A stretch of DNA of 64,000 nucleotides from Haliotis rufescens (Eukaryota): the NCBI RefSeq assembly GCF_023055435.1, contig NW_025964383.1:29574001-29638000 (forward strand). The letters are read 5' to 3'. Positions 23,681 to 37,589 of this stretch are shown here, piece by piece. The position numbers and the translations under genes were made by a program. A model generated the notes under the pieces. That model was not told the origin of the DNA and searched no databases. It saw only the letters and a list, made by a program, of their open reading frames with translations. Position 1 is the stretch's first letter, and each line of letters begins with the position of its first letter.

Positions 23681-26600
23681 CTAAGACCAGCATTACTTCC
23701 ATCTACTTTCCAACAGGAAGCTAACTCACAAACTGTTCTTGGCGGCGTAAAACACTACTCACGCACTCATTCTGTTGTCCTTAAGACAACAATTTTCCAT
23801 ACTCAACGTACGTACAGCACCCTCTATCCTTCTACTGTAATATTACTGTACTGGTAAGGTTTTGTTTCAAGCGATACCAAGTCTTACATCTATAACATTG
23901 TTTTAGCAATGAATCAGAATCGCAAGGTCTGTTTACTTCTTAGCTCTGTACCTAGTGAAGGTGAGTGTACCTTTACGCCGCAGACTCATTGTTGAATATT
24001 CCCATTGAATAAAAGCAGACAGGTTACAGTGTATTTTTTTACACACGTATAACTCTTATCAAACACAGGCCAAAAACAAATAGGCCCGTACAATGTATCT
24101 AAAACAGAGATATCCCTACCGGTTTTGATATAACACATTGTTTGTGTAGAACAGTTTAATCATTTTGTATCCACACCATCTCTTCATATAAATAATAACA
24201 ACCAAACAACAATATCAACTCATCTACGATAATTTCCCAATGGTAGCCAGCTCAACCTGTAATTTAATCAAGGATCATGTAACAAGAACTAACGTCGGAA
24301 AGAACACATATTGGTATTTGAAAAAATATATTATTTTTTTTATTTCGGAATCAATTTCAGTACCAGCACTTGTTTTGTGCTATCAACTAAATCCCCCACT
24401 GGTGCCGTATTTATATACAATTCTCAGAACTGATTGTCACAGATTGGGTGGAAATTAATAATTATCTTGCAGTCATTAATTTTTACTCACTTCAAATAAC
24501 ACGTACTCCCGGAAAGTTCTACAGCAGCATACCCCTTTGTGTGAATGGCGGTCATCTTAAAGAGTTAAGATGTCATTGAAAGTCCTCTTGAGTTCACATA
24601 GCTTTAGGAGCATTCTCAGTGATAAACGTTTTTTTTTATTAATGTGACTTAAGGACATTCTTAGATATAAGCGTAACATTTGGTACTTCTAAGAAGTTTC
24701 TCAAACATCAGATTTTGAAATGACTCCGACATATTTTTTATCATATGCTCACTCCTGGCGACAAATCTAAAGTCCAACTCTACACGTTGAGTAGACATCC
24801 CGGCAATGTGTTCCACTGAGATAGGAATCGTTTCCTGGTTGCCCCAGCAACCACCATTTCCTGCAAACCCAGCTGATGTCTTCTCTGATAACATGTATGT
24901 TTTAGGGGTCCAATTGTCCCCACGCCTCCCTAAAAGGGGTCTTGACACGTTGAGGCCTACTTCACCACGCCAGCGAGACGGTTTGTAACGTTACTGTTCA
25001 AATGTATCACAGCTGTTTTCACGCTGGTCTAATATCTAATGAATAATGGCGGATTTCCCAAGAGAAATTAAATGTTGTGCCATCAAGACCTAAATGATAT
25101 GAGAATGAGGCAAACGCTGTGGTTTTCTACATCCTCTACGACCTGTTGACAGAACGATTCATGGGATGCAAATTGAATCGTGATGTTTTGCCAGTTGGGG
25201 AAGTGAACCTGGCGTTTTTAAAGGAGGTTTATTGTTCCTCAGTATACAGTTCAAATCACTTGTGTATGCACTCAAATACTCTGTCTATTAAACGTGTTGA
25301 TTTGTCACACTTGACCACCTGGACTACTGTTAAACTCTTTTGACGGTTTCCATTTAACAGACAGTAGTTCCTTATTCATTCATTGTACGTTATAGGTAGG
25401 TGTGTGGGTGAGTTGGTGGGTGAGTTGAAGGGTGAATGGGTGAGTGAGTGTTTTTTGAGAGTAGGCAGATGGGTGGTTAAGTGGATGGTTAAGTGGGTTG
25501 CAGAGTGAGTGAGTCGGTGGGTGGATGGGTTTATGAATGGGTGTTTGATTGAGTCACTGAGTCCAAGTACAGCCTTCTGATTACATCATCATTGAGAACA
25601 CTTTGTGTGATATGTTTCTGATGGGAGTCAGTATTGCATTGTATTTGGACAGTTATTAGTCGTCAGGAATGAAGTACCATTAATGTAAGCAGTCGTCAGA
25701 ACGATACTATTTTTAGATGCTAGTATGTCGTGTTAACATCCGGTATACCGTGGACTGGTGTGGAATATTCTGTGGTGTTCATGGTGCCGCGGAACTGGTG
25801 AGGGCACTGGGTAGAATGTTCCAGTGGCTAGTTGGATTATATATTAAGTGGGACAAGAGCGTGTTTAGGTATATATCACGCTTTTCATCACACCAAGACA
25901 AGCTTTCATGTGAGGGTCACTAATCATCCCTGATTCCCTGCCTAGCCCATCTCCGAAGCTTGACCACTGTCACCGCTATGTGAATATATATCATTATCAC
26001 TGACTTTTTCTTTCACCGCTGTATTGTTGTATTTCATACTGATCATGACCACTGCCATCATATTACATTTTGCCATCGAAAATTGTATTATCACTCCATT
26101 GTGTACTGCCATTGTAATTGTTGACCAGTAATTTGTGTTGATTTTTAAACCTAGTTAGTTTTGTAATACAAATGTTAATTGTATGCCATTTCATGGTTGG
26201 TTTCACACATAGTTCTTTTACGTACATATTTCTGGGCTAACATATTATTTCAATTCGGGAATCGACACGTGACAGTTTTAAAAACAGTATTTGAAACTAC
26301 GAGCGACAGAAAGTGGGATGCGGGTAGTCATCTTTGAGTTCTTCTAAGGATTGTAAGTAAAATGTTTTGTATGGTCACTAATTTACTCCTGGTGAACGAA
26401 ATGTTTTTCAATGATATCATAAGTTTATATGACGTGCATCATTACTACCCTTGTTTCTCATTGTTATTCTCGTCCCCTAAATGTGCCAGAAAGCTATAAT
26501 CGTGGTTCGAATCCCGGTTCGCCCTAATTATGTTTCTTGGTTTGTCATCACATGTTCGATGGTTTCACCAACGCCTGCAACACGTCGGTCTTTCCATCTA

Positions 26601-29062
26601 CATCAAGCTGATGATATCCACTTAGACAACTGACAACTGTTCAAAGAGACGTTAAATTATTCAGCGATTATTTTGGGGGTTTGTCATCACTACACATGTT
26701 CGTGGGTTTCACAACAACTGACATAGTGCACTAAGAGACGTTAACGTCGCATTATCGCTGAGGTAAAACTAAAACATATTATTGAAAGTGTGACAATGCG
26801 TCAATTGTTCAACATTCAGCGTTGTCACGCTTTCGTTTTTTCACAATTTGCTGTCTTTTGATTCAATGAAAACATGCGTAAAATTCGTTACACGTTCAAA
26901 TTGTGCACTTCTCTCACTTTCATGTCGAGCGTATGGCGTCTATATTTCTGAGTCCTGTTTTGAGTAAAAATATTCAAATATCACGGAAGTATATTACTTG
27001 CAACGAAGCTTTTCAATCAAGGCTTCACCATCAAAGGCCTCATCTAGTCATTTTAGATATTTTATGGCAGACATTCAGCAGAAATGACTAAAGATGACAC
27101 GTCGCTTGTCAACAAGATGCGGTTTCATCTTCTAACGTTGTGACCTTTACATTGAGTTGTCACACCTCCTTACTCACTGGCATTTACTTTGTAATGGAAA
27201 TACAGTGAGCGGCGAGTGCTACCGGTAAAGCATGACATGGTGACCCATTTCACGTGACCTGGTGTCATCCTCCCGTGGAGATTCCGGGTTGGAATAGTTC
27301 CTTAGCAACAGGTGCTAGTCGTCAATGGATCGGGTGGTCAGGCTCGCTGACTTGGTTCTACGGCGTTTTTGTCATCGTACCCCGACGGCTTGGATCGTTG
27401 CTCACAATATCGATCACTAAATTATTTACAGGCCGACGACATATAGCTGGAACAATCTAAGCGGCGTTAAGCAAAGAAAGGAGAGAATTGTCTCATCACT
27501 GAGTTTTAGTTATCAATTTACATAGGCTTCATCACAAGTGTGCCTTTACGCCCAATGGAATCTATTTCGGTAGATATTCGATACTGATTATTCTCTGGCG
27601 TTGACGTTTTAAAGATGCTACTTTTGTAATTCCATCGGTGTAAATTCCTCTTTCAGCTAAATGAGACACGTTATTTCTCACAAGATTGAAACAGACCTTC
27701 AAAGCCAGGAACAGCCTATGTACATTTCACGCAACTGTGACATTGCAATATGACAGATATTGACAACGGTTAAGCCCAAATCTACCCATGTTCATTGCAG
27801 GAGATCAAACGTTTGAAGCTACAAAAAGTGTTGGATATGGCACACTCTGATATATTGCTCTACTAAAGGTGTCGTCAAACTGTCTCCATACTCAGGAGAG
27901 TCTACATGCAAAGCAACATTTTCTTTTCAGGGAATTATACAGCACTCGGGGCGATTATTAAGAAACTGCTGTGCGGGCGACTGCACGAGACGTGTTTTAA
28001 CGTCCGTCGTCGGTCATTGTTTGTTGAGGAGCTTTGCTCTTGTACCTGTCAACTCTAGAAAGGGCAGTGAGTCAAATGCATGGAATTTAGCCGGTTTATC
28101 ACTTACCCGACAACATTGTTACATCACTTAACAACATTTACAAAGTGTTACCGCATCTTATAACAGTAGTTCATCTACATCATGGCGTTCCAGCTCGATG
28201 AGGGAGGGGAGACCGAAGTGATGCAGCTCTCAGACTTTTACCCCAAGTTCACATGTTGAGTACAAACTAAAGATCATAATCAGGGAGATTCGAACACACG
28301 ATCATATGGCTTCGGCAGTCCAAGGGACACAACTCTTTAGAGCGAAATGCGATGCCTCACGAGATTTCCGTCCAACCCCCATTTACACAGAGACTATCTT
28401 TTCTAAATAGTTACTTTCACGATAAGGAATAATGAGTGAAACGGACAAACACCAATTAACGTCATTGAGGCATTGTCTCTGATCAGTTACTACAAACTAA
28501 CATCCATTATCGGAGCATGGAACCATTTGTAGTTTAACGTCCACTGGGATGTAAGTTGACCCAGGGGACCAGGGAAATGTTCTACTTTCGGGCTTTTTTC
28601 TACTTAAACAATTTTAAATGTGCCATCCAGTTTCAAATGGTAATAAATAAAGAAGGTTATAGTCGTGACAAAACATTAGTGTCATCCGGCTTCTATTCAA
28701 AATTCAATATGTGTATATACAGAACGGCATACACAGGTCTTGGACACACGGAATAAACGAATGGTTCTCTACGCCAAAGTCAGATGTATCCAAGCCATAT
28801 CACAGTAGCCTGTACAACATAGAGTGTAGCAGGCAAACCAGTGGTTGATAGCATGAGCATCGATCCATGATGTCTAGGGACGATGACACTCGCAAGTAAA
28901 GTTACACATAACTACAAAATCAACACCATATGGTCTGTATTTCAGGCAGGGGACACATCTAAGGTATTCTGGTTCGATATCGAGAAACAGACATGACACG
29001 TCTCTGTCAGTGGGACTAACGAGACCTCCATATGAAGTCACGTCGGGTGTAAATGAAGGATT

Positions 29063-30980
29063 GGGGGGATCTTGAACCGATCAGATGACATCTTTTCAAA
29101 AGGATTCGGCTTCATTTCTTTGAAACATCCATTTGGAAATGTCAATCTGAGTAAAATAAAACCGCAACAAAACACACATATACATTCGATAGTACGCCAT
29201 TTTCTGTGAAGATGCCATGGCGCTCAGGAACGACAGAGTCAATACAATATCAGCTCTATTTGTATATCTTCTCAAATTCCCGATTATGTTCGTTTTCTAA
29301 ATATGGAACTCAGATATGCTTGTCTGAATTCTTCGTTCACTCTTACTTGAAAGTTTAAAGCATCGACGCTGATAAGGACGTGACCTGCAATGGGTGTGTC
29401 CTGAGATCCCCACGCAGAAAGGTATCATATCGAAGAAAAAGATCTGACCTTATGTGATTGTCCACATAGATAACAGTTGATGATGAACGAGTGACTGCGT
29501 ACAGTGACCTCAGCTAACCAATTGTATTTCCTCTTTGTCGCCGTGCCAACGTTCCGCTAGACTGGAAAGAGGTGATGTTTGCATACAACGCCCCCGTAAC
29601 CGGCACGTAATCGTACGTCCTTGAATGTCGACCAGGAATAAATTTAATAGGACAGTAGATCTCTTAATTTGGCTAATGATACCACCAAATGAATATTTGA
29701 CCATTATTGCGGTTCATTATTTCCTGTCCGTCTGATGACCTTCCCGTTGACCGGAGCATGGTAAAGGTCAGTCCGGACTTAAATCATGACCTACATTTAC
29801 ATAAACACAAGGGGATAGCATCTTCAACGTCTGCACTGACGCCATTTTGTTTAAGTACTTTTTATGCTTTTTTAACACCCGAGCGTATGAGTGAAAGTTG
29901 TTTATCGCCGCAGTCAGCAATAATGTTGCTTTATTACAGCAGCCAGTGACTAAAACAGAGATGGCGTGGGTGGTGGTAGGTGACTGGTGGTGTGTGGGTT
30001 AGCAGGGTCGGATGGTGAGTGGGTGTGAAACTGTTTGGGGGGTAGGGGGTGGGGGGAGTGGTAGTGGGGTGTTGTTGTTTGAGTTGCATCGTGTGACTTT
30101 GTGATGGGGTTATGGCTAGTGGGTAGAAGAGGTTGGGTGGTTGGTGGTGATGTATTGCGGTGGGTGACTGTAGAGGATACTAAAAAAGGTACAAGAATGT
30201 GTACTTTACTTAAAAAAGTGTAATCCTAAATATAACGTGTGTTAGGTATTAAGTAAAGATATAAAGTAGTGTATCATGGATTAACTCATTTGTATATTTA
30301 TCCGATCGTAATACTACGATTATCGGATTATTGGTGATTCCGGGTGACAACTGATCCCAGCCATCTATGCTTGTCGTAAGAGGCGACTTCATGGATCGAA
30401 AGGTCAGGCTCGGTGACTTGGCTGATTGCATGTAGTGGTTCCCCGAGGGCATGGAGGGTGCACGGGTGGCCCAGTCGTCTAAGGTTTCGCTGTGCAGAGT
30501 TGCGTCCCTTGGGTACGCCAGAAACCTATGATTGTGGGTTCGAATCCCGGTTCGCCCCAATTATGTTTCTAGGTTTGTCAGCATCATACCCGTGCTCGTG
30601 GGTTTCACCGAAATGATAAACGTCTAAGACCTGCATGTCTTCGGTCTTTCCTCCCACATTAAGCTGACACGCTGTGATATGACTGGAATACTGTTAAAAG
30701 CGGCGTTCAACCCCACTCACTCACTAACCCGAGGGCATGGGTTGTTGCACATAATATCAAACTGGATTGTTTGGTCCAGATTCGATTATTTACTGACAGC
30801 CGGTACGTTGCTGGAATACCGATCAGTGCGGGGTTAAAAAACAAACACACCAACACTTTCACAGAGCGGAATTAGAGGAAAGAAAATCTGAAGGCAATGA
30901 CGCAATGTTTTCAGTTCACGAGCTACGGGTTACAATATAAACAAAATCTTGTCTTTAGTGTACATGGGTTACAACGGTGT
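29063..30980 (+). repeat. Left arm of ~1.9-kb inverted duplication
   Basis: Reverse complement of ~33340-35300; mirrored ORFs 29510-29704(-)/34648-34938(+) and 29707-29949(+)/34364-34645(-). Confidence 0.9.
30455..30727 (+). mobile_element. SINE family D inserted into a family E copy (~30355-30850)
   Basis: 13-bp TSD CCCGAGGGCATGG at 30442-30454 and 30728-30740. Confidence 0.9.
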
Positions 30981-33339
30981 ATATTCTGAACCATTTTTGT
31001 TCAACATAAGAAACAAAAAGCGCTTGGAAGCTCAATGAGATAATACCCAATTGTTGTGGCATCCCGTCGGATTATAGCGTTTCTACATCGCGTTGAGTAC
31101 GTTGATTGCTTTGTGCTTTGATGTTTTGAAACGATTCGAAAAAACACTTCAGACATATCACATTTCAGTTTTGTAATCCTGAGTGTAGTTTTCACGAATG
31201 GGTGGAATGTCTCAAAGTGTCAAATAATCACCTTTTCCATGAAGAAAAACACAAATGCTCAATCTCGGCAATGAAATAAAAGATTTCTCTTACTCTGACT
31301 TAGAGAATTTGCAGTAACAATTAACACTCTAAAATGATCATCTGTAAGAACAGGTAAAAGGATCCCCTTGAGCCATGTCCCTTGTACTGTTACTTTAATG
31401 TGGACGTAGAGTGGCCTCGTGGTTGAATCGTTCGGGTTAGATGCAACACATGGTAATAAGACTTGGAAATGACAAACGCGGTGGACAATCCTACTCATGC
31501 AATAATACATGTAAGAACGTCTTGCCATGCGTATTGGAGGGCTACAATGGCTGCTCAAGATGGACAATCCGTGAACGAATCACGAAGAAAACTCAGATAC
31601 ACGTGCGTTCTGACTGATTAATTGTCATCGTACCTTGACCTCAACTATCGGTTTTCAAGGTGGACAATTCTTTAAAGAACCACCACGGAACTTCGCATAC
31701 AGCTGCGACCTGACTGATTGTTTGTCATCATAACCTGACCTCATGTGTCGGTGTTCATACCATCAACTACAGGTTTACTTAGTCCAGGCTCGATGTCATT
31801 TAGAAATTAGTCCGCCGTTACAGCGCCACGGAGTTTCTGATGACAGTTTAACGTTCTTTCACATACGTATAGGAAATCTCAAGATTTCAAACACTCGTTG
31901 GCCTCTTAAATTAATTGCAAGCAATAAAGCCAACGGATTATCAAATGTTTACATTTCGACATTTCTTTTTATGTCGAAATATGGCATATTTCAAAGATTC
32001 CAAACTGTTCATCTGCAAAGCGGCTATTTTTGCTCTCTTCAAATCTGATGTCGGTATTCGCTGCTTTGATACAAGAGTAATATTTGGTATTTCCTAGAAG
32101 TTTCTCAGACTTAAGACTACTTAAGCACTCTAACATTTTCTTATGAACACTGCCCCTGTTGTCATTCATGGCGACATTTCAACAAGTCCAACTCTACAGG
32201 TCCTGACATTCCGACAATATGTAGGATAGGAATCGTTTCTTGGTTGCCCCAGCAGCCACCATGAAATGCTCAACCAGCTGATGTCGTCTTTGACAACATG
32301 TACGTTTTAGTGGTCCAATTGTTCTAAACGCCTCCGTAAAAGGGGTCTTGACACGTTGAGGCCCACTTTACCACGCCAGCGAGACTGTTTGTAACGTTAC
32401 TGTTCAAATGTATCACAACTGTTTTCTCACCGGTCCAATATCTAATGAATAATGGCGGATTTCCCTAGAGAAATTAAATGTTGTGCCATCAAGACCTAAA
32501 TGATACGAGAATGAGGCAAGCGCTGTGGTTTTCTATATCCTCTACGACCTGTTGACAGAACGATTCATGGGATGCAAATTGAATCGTGATGTTTTGCCAC
32601 TTCTAGGAAGTGAACCTTGCATTTCTAAAGAATATTTGATATTCCCCAATACACAATTCAAATAACTTGTGTATTTACTTAAATACTCATCCTATTAGGG
32701 TCAGACCATTTGATATTTGATAAAGCATGAATTATTTCAAAATCTTTCGGGGACAACTTACTTTTTTTTATAAAATCCCAGGCTTAAGATTTTGATGGGT
32801 GTGGGTGGTGAGTGGGTGAGTCAATGGGTGGGTTAGTTGATGGGTGGGTGAGTGGGTTTGTGAGTGAGTCATTGAGTAGGTGAGTGAGTCAGTGAGTGAG
32901 TTAGTGAGTGAGTGGATGAGTCAGTGGATTGGTGAGTCAGTGGGTTGATGACTGTGTCAGTGACTTCCAGTATAGCCTTCTGATTATATCATCACATGTG
33001 ACAGAAAACCGTCAAGGGGGACCTCGAAATTATCAGTCAAAAGCAGATTTACCAATTTGACTAACATTCAGTCTTAAAAAATGTACAAATATGTATTGTG
33101 CTGTAAACTGACAACAGCTTGCGTTTCAAATATATATGCCCATGTTCTTCTAAAGATTGTAAGTAAAATGTTTTGTATTAACACTAAGGAACTGGTGCAC
33201 GAAATGTATTTCAGTAGTAACACAAAAGCCTGTATGACATGATGCATTACTACACCTTGTTTCTCATTGTTATTCTCGTCACTTAAATGTGCCAGAAAAC
33301 TAGGATCGTAGTTCGAATCCCGGTTCGCCCTGATTATTT

Positions 33340-35297
33340 TACGCCGTTGTAACCCATGTAAACTAAAGACAAGATTTTGTTTATTTTGTAACTCGTAGCT
33401 CGTGAACTGAAAACCTTGCATCTGACCGTCAATCAGAATAGACTTAAAAAAATGCTTTAACCTTCAGATTTTCTTTCCTCTTATTCCGCTCTGTGATAGT
33501 GTTGGTGTGTTTGTTTTTTAACACCGCACTGATCGGTATTCCAGCAACGTACCGGCTGTCGGTAAATAATCGTGTCTGGACCAAACAATCCAGTTACTGA
33601 TATTATGTGCAACAACCCATGCCCTCGGGTGAGTGAGTGAGTGGGGTTGAACGCCGCTTTTAACAGTATTCCAGTCATATCGCGGCGTGTCAGCTAAATG
33701 TGGGAGGAAAGACCGAAGACATGCAGGTCTTGGACGTTTGCCACTTCGGTGAAACCCACGAGCACGGGTATGATGCTGACAAACCTAGAAACATAATTGG
33801 GGCGAACCGGGATTCGAACCCACAACCATAGGTTTCTGGCGTACCCAAGGGACGCACCTCTGCACAGCGAAACCTTAGACGACTGGGCCACCCGTGCACC
33901 CTCCATGCCCTCGGGGAACCACTACATGCAATCAGCCAAGTCACCGAGCCTGACTTCTCGATCAATGGAGTCCCCTCTTACGACCAGCATAGATGGCTGG
34001 GATCAGTTGTAACCCGGAATCACCAATAATCCGATAATCGTTGTATTACGATCGGATGAATATACAAATGAGTTAATCCATGATAAACTGCTTTATATCT
34101 TTACATATATACGTAACAAATGTTATATTTAGGATTACAATTTTTTTAAGTAAAGTACACATTCTTGTACCTTTTTTAGTATCCTCTACAGTCACCCACC
34201 GCAATCCAACATCACCAACCACCCAACCTCTTCTACCAACTAGCCATAACCCCATCACAAAGTCACACGATGCAACTCAAACAACAACACCCCACTACCG
34301 TTCCCCCCACCCCCACCCCCGACTCAGTTTCACACCCACTCACCCACCCCCCTGCTAACCCACTCACCACCAGTTACCTACCACCACCCACGCCATCTCA
34401 CAACACACACACCCCCCCCCCCCCCACCCCCCCATCCACCCTCCACCCCCACCCCCACCCCCACCCCCATCGGGTGATAAAAAAGCATAAAAAGTGCTTT
34501 TAAAAAATGGTTTCGGCGAAGACGTTAAAGATGCTATCCCCTTGTGTTTATGTAAATGTAGGTCATGATTTAAGTCCGGACTGACCTTTACCATGCCCCT
34601 GTCAACGGGAAGGTCATCAGACGGACAGGAAATAATGAACCGCAATAATGGTCAAATATTCATTTGGTGGTGTCATTAGCCAAATTAAGAGAACTACTGT
34701 CCTATTAAATTTATTCCTGGTCGACATTCCAGGACGTACGATTACGTGCCGGTTGCGGGGGCGTTGTATGCAAACATCACCTCTTTCCAGTCTAGCGGAA
34801 CGTTGGCACGGCGACGACCTGATAGAGAAGAGGAAATACAATTGGTTAGCTGAGGTCACTGTATCCACTCACTCGTTCATCATCAATTGTTATCTATGTG
34901 CACAATCACATAAGGTCAGATCTTTTTCTCCGATATGATAACTTTCTGCGTGGGAATCTCAGGACACATCCATTGCAGGTCACGTCCTAATCAGCCAATC
35001 AGCGTCGATGCTTTAAACTTTCAAGTGAGAGTGAACGAAGAATTCAGACAAGCATATCTTAGTTCCATAGTAAGAAAACGAACATAATCGGGAATATGAG
35101 AAGATATACAAATAGAGCTGATATTGTATTGACTCTGTCGTCCCTGAGCGCCATGGCATCTTCACAGAAAATGGCGTACTATCGAATGTATATGTGTGTT
35201 CTGTGGCGGTTTTATTTTGCTCAGATTGCTCAATGGATGTTTCAAGGAAATGAAGCCGAATCCTTTTAAAAAGATGCCATCTGATTGGTTCAAGATA

Positions 35298-35300
<3 letters not shown>
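33340..35300 (-). repeat. Right arm of inverted duplication
   Basis: Reverse complement of 29063-30980; ends in a ~32-nt poly-C run. Confidence 0.9.
33630..33902 (-). mobile_element. SINE family D (within the inverted arm)
   Basis: TSD CCATGCCCTCGGG on both sides. Confidence 0.9.
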
Positions 35301-35332
<32 letters not shown>

Positions 35333-36810
35333 CTTCTCCATTAAAGGCCTCATCAAGTTATTTTAGATATTTTATGGCAGACAAATGACTAAATATGACA
35401 CGTCGCTTGTAGAACTTGCTGACTTGGTTTGCGTGTCATCGTACCCCAACGGCTTGAAACGTTGTTCACAATATCGATCACTAGATTATTTACAGACCGG
35501 CGTCATGTCACTGGAATAATCCGTTATACAAAAATAGGAAAGACGTGTTATCAGTGAGTTTCAGGGATCCATTTACATAGGCTTCATCAAAACTGAGCCT
35601 TTTTAGCCAAATGGAATCTAATTCGGTAGATATTCGATATTGATTATTCTCTGGCGTTGACGTTTTAAAGATGCTACTTTTGTAATTCCATCGGTGTAAA
35701 TTCCTCTTTCAGCTAAATGAGACACGTTATTTCTCACAAGATTGAAACAGACCTTCAAAGCCAGGAACAGCCTATGCACACTTCACGCAACTGTGACATT
35801 GCAATATGACAGATATTAACAATGGTTAAGCCCAAATCTACCCATGTTCATTGCAGGAGATCAAACGTTTGAAGCTACAAAAAGTGTTGGATATGTCACA
35901 CTTTGATATATTGCTCTACTAAAGGTGTCGTCAAACTGTCTCCATACTCAGGAGAGTCTACATGCAAAGGGACAGTTTCTTTTCAGGCCAAAAAAAGGCA
36001 CTCAGGGCGATTATTACACAACTGTGGTGCGGCGACTGCACAGGACGTGTTTTAACGTCCGGTCAGTGTTTGATGGGGAGCTTTGCTCTTCTAAGTGCCG
36101 ACTCTAGATAATAATCAAGTGAAGGCAGTGAGTCAAATGCATGACATTAAGTCGGTTTATCACTTCCCCGGCAACAATGTTTTATCACTTAACAACATTT
36201 ACAAAGAGTTACTGCCTCTTATATCAGTAGATAATCTATATCATGGCGTTCCAGCTCGATGAAGGAGGGAGACCGAAGTGATGCAGCTCTCAGTCTTTTA
36301 CCCCAAGTTCACATATTGCTGACAAACAAAAGAACATAATCAGGGAGATTCGAACCCACGATCATTTGGCTCCGGCAGTCCAAGGGACGCAACTCTGTAT
36401 AGTGAAATGCGGTCCCCCGGGAGAGTGCCCCCCAACTCCATTTACACTATCTTTTCTTAATTTGGTTGTTTTCAAGGTAAGTACTTATGAGTGAAACGGA
36501 CAAACGCCAATCAACGTCAATTAGGCATTGTCACTCGAATGTTATAAACTACGAGCTAACATCCATTATCGGAAATGGTCTGGAAACATTTTCTATTTTA
36601 ACGACCACTGATATGTTAGTTGACTCCTGGGACCAGGGCAATCTTCGTCTTACGCGTTTTCTCTACTTAAACAATTTTAAATGTGTTATCCAGTTTCAAA
36701 TGATGATAAATAAATAAAGACACAGTCTTGACCAAATATCCACTTATCCAGCTTCTATTCGAACTTCGACATGTGTATATACAGTATAGCACACATGAGT
36801 CCAGTACAAT

Positions 36811-36909
36811 CTGAACAATCGAATGGTGTTCTACGCCAAAGTCAGCTGTAGTACACACTGAACAATCGAATGGTGTTCTACGCCAAAGTCAGCTGTAGTA
36901 CACACTGAA
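36811..36909 (+). repeat. 47-bp tandem duplication
   Basis: CTGAACAATCGAATGGTGTTCTACGCCAAAGTCAGCTGTAGTACACA x2; single copy in the paralog near 28755. Confidence 0.9.
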
Positions 36910-37589
36910 TCAGCTGCATCCCAAGAATAACACGGTGGCCTGTAAAACGTGGAGTGTCGGAGGCAAACCAGTTGTTGATAGCTAGGGCATCGATCCTTGA
37001 TGTCTGGGGATGATGACACACCCAAGTTACACATTATAACTACATAATCAACACCATATGGTCTGTATAGGAAGTGACCCCTACTGGATGTGTCCTCAGC
37101 CCTTAACGCAGAGAGGTATCATATCGGAGTAAAAGATCGGATCGCAATGAGATTGTCCACACAGAGAACAGATGAGGATGAAAGGATGAGGAAGGACATG
37201 ATGTTTGCATACAACGCCCTCGTCACCGGCACGTAATGGTTATCTCCCAAAACCCCTACATCCCATTTCCCCTACAACCCAGTTCCCCTACAATTAGTTA
37301 AAACAACACGCGGCATTTACCTGTCAGGCATTATGAACTCACCTAAAGGAGAGATTAAGGTCTGGAGTAGAGGTAGTAGAAATGAAAGGGGTAGAGCTTT
37401 AGGGGACTAGGAGAAGGTTTTGTTTTTTTAAAATAATGTAAGTGTAATGAAAGATGCCTATATGGTGAGAAGACAATTTTTAAAACTTACAAAAATAACA
37501 ATAGGAAGAAACAATTATTACACTGAGATGGACGATTTACAGTTGAGATGGCTAGGTTTAGTATATAGATACTTGAAACTGACTAACAT

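Larger units (their letters stand above)
19900..25400 (+). repeat. Segmental duplication, copy 2
   Basis: Colinear paralog of 10340-19900, lacking the mariner, the Kolobok MITE and SINE A. Confidence 0.85.
24680..32050 (+). repeat. Segmental duplication unit, copy 1 (paralog ~32090-41520)
   Basis: Blocks 24680-25290/32090-32700, 26340-26530/33130-33335, 27021-28940/35331-37070, 29390-29620/37090-37236, 30890-32040/40430-41525. Confidence 0.8.

Noticed and set aside
37447-37589. N-terminal part of the 192-aa ORF as a real start
   Set aside because: It lies outside the LINE TSD; chance in-frame read-in from flanking MULE sequence
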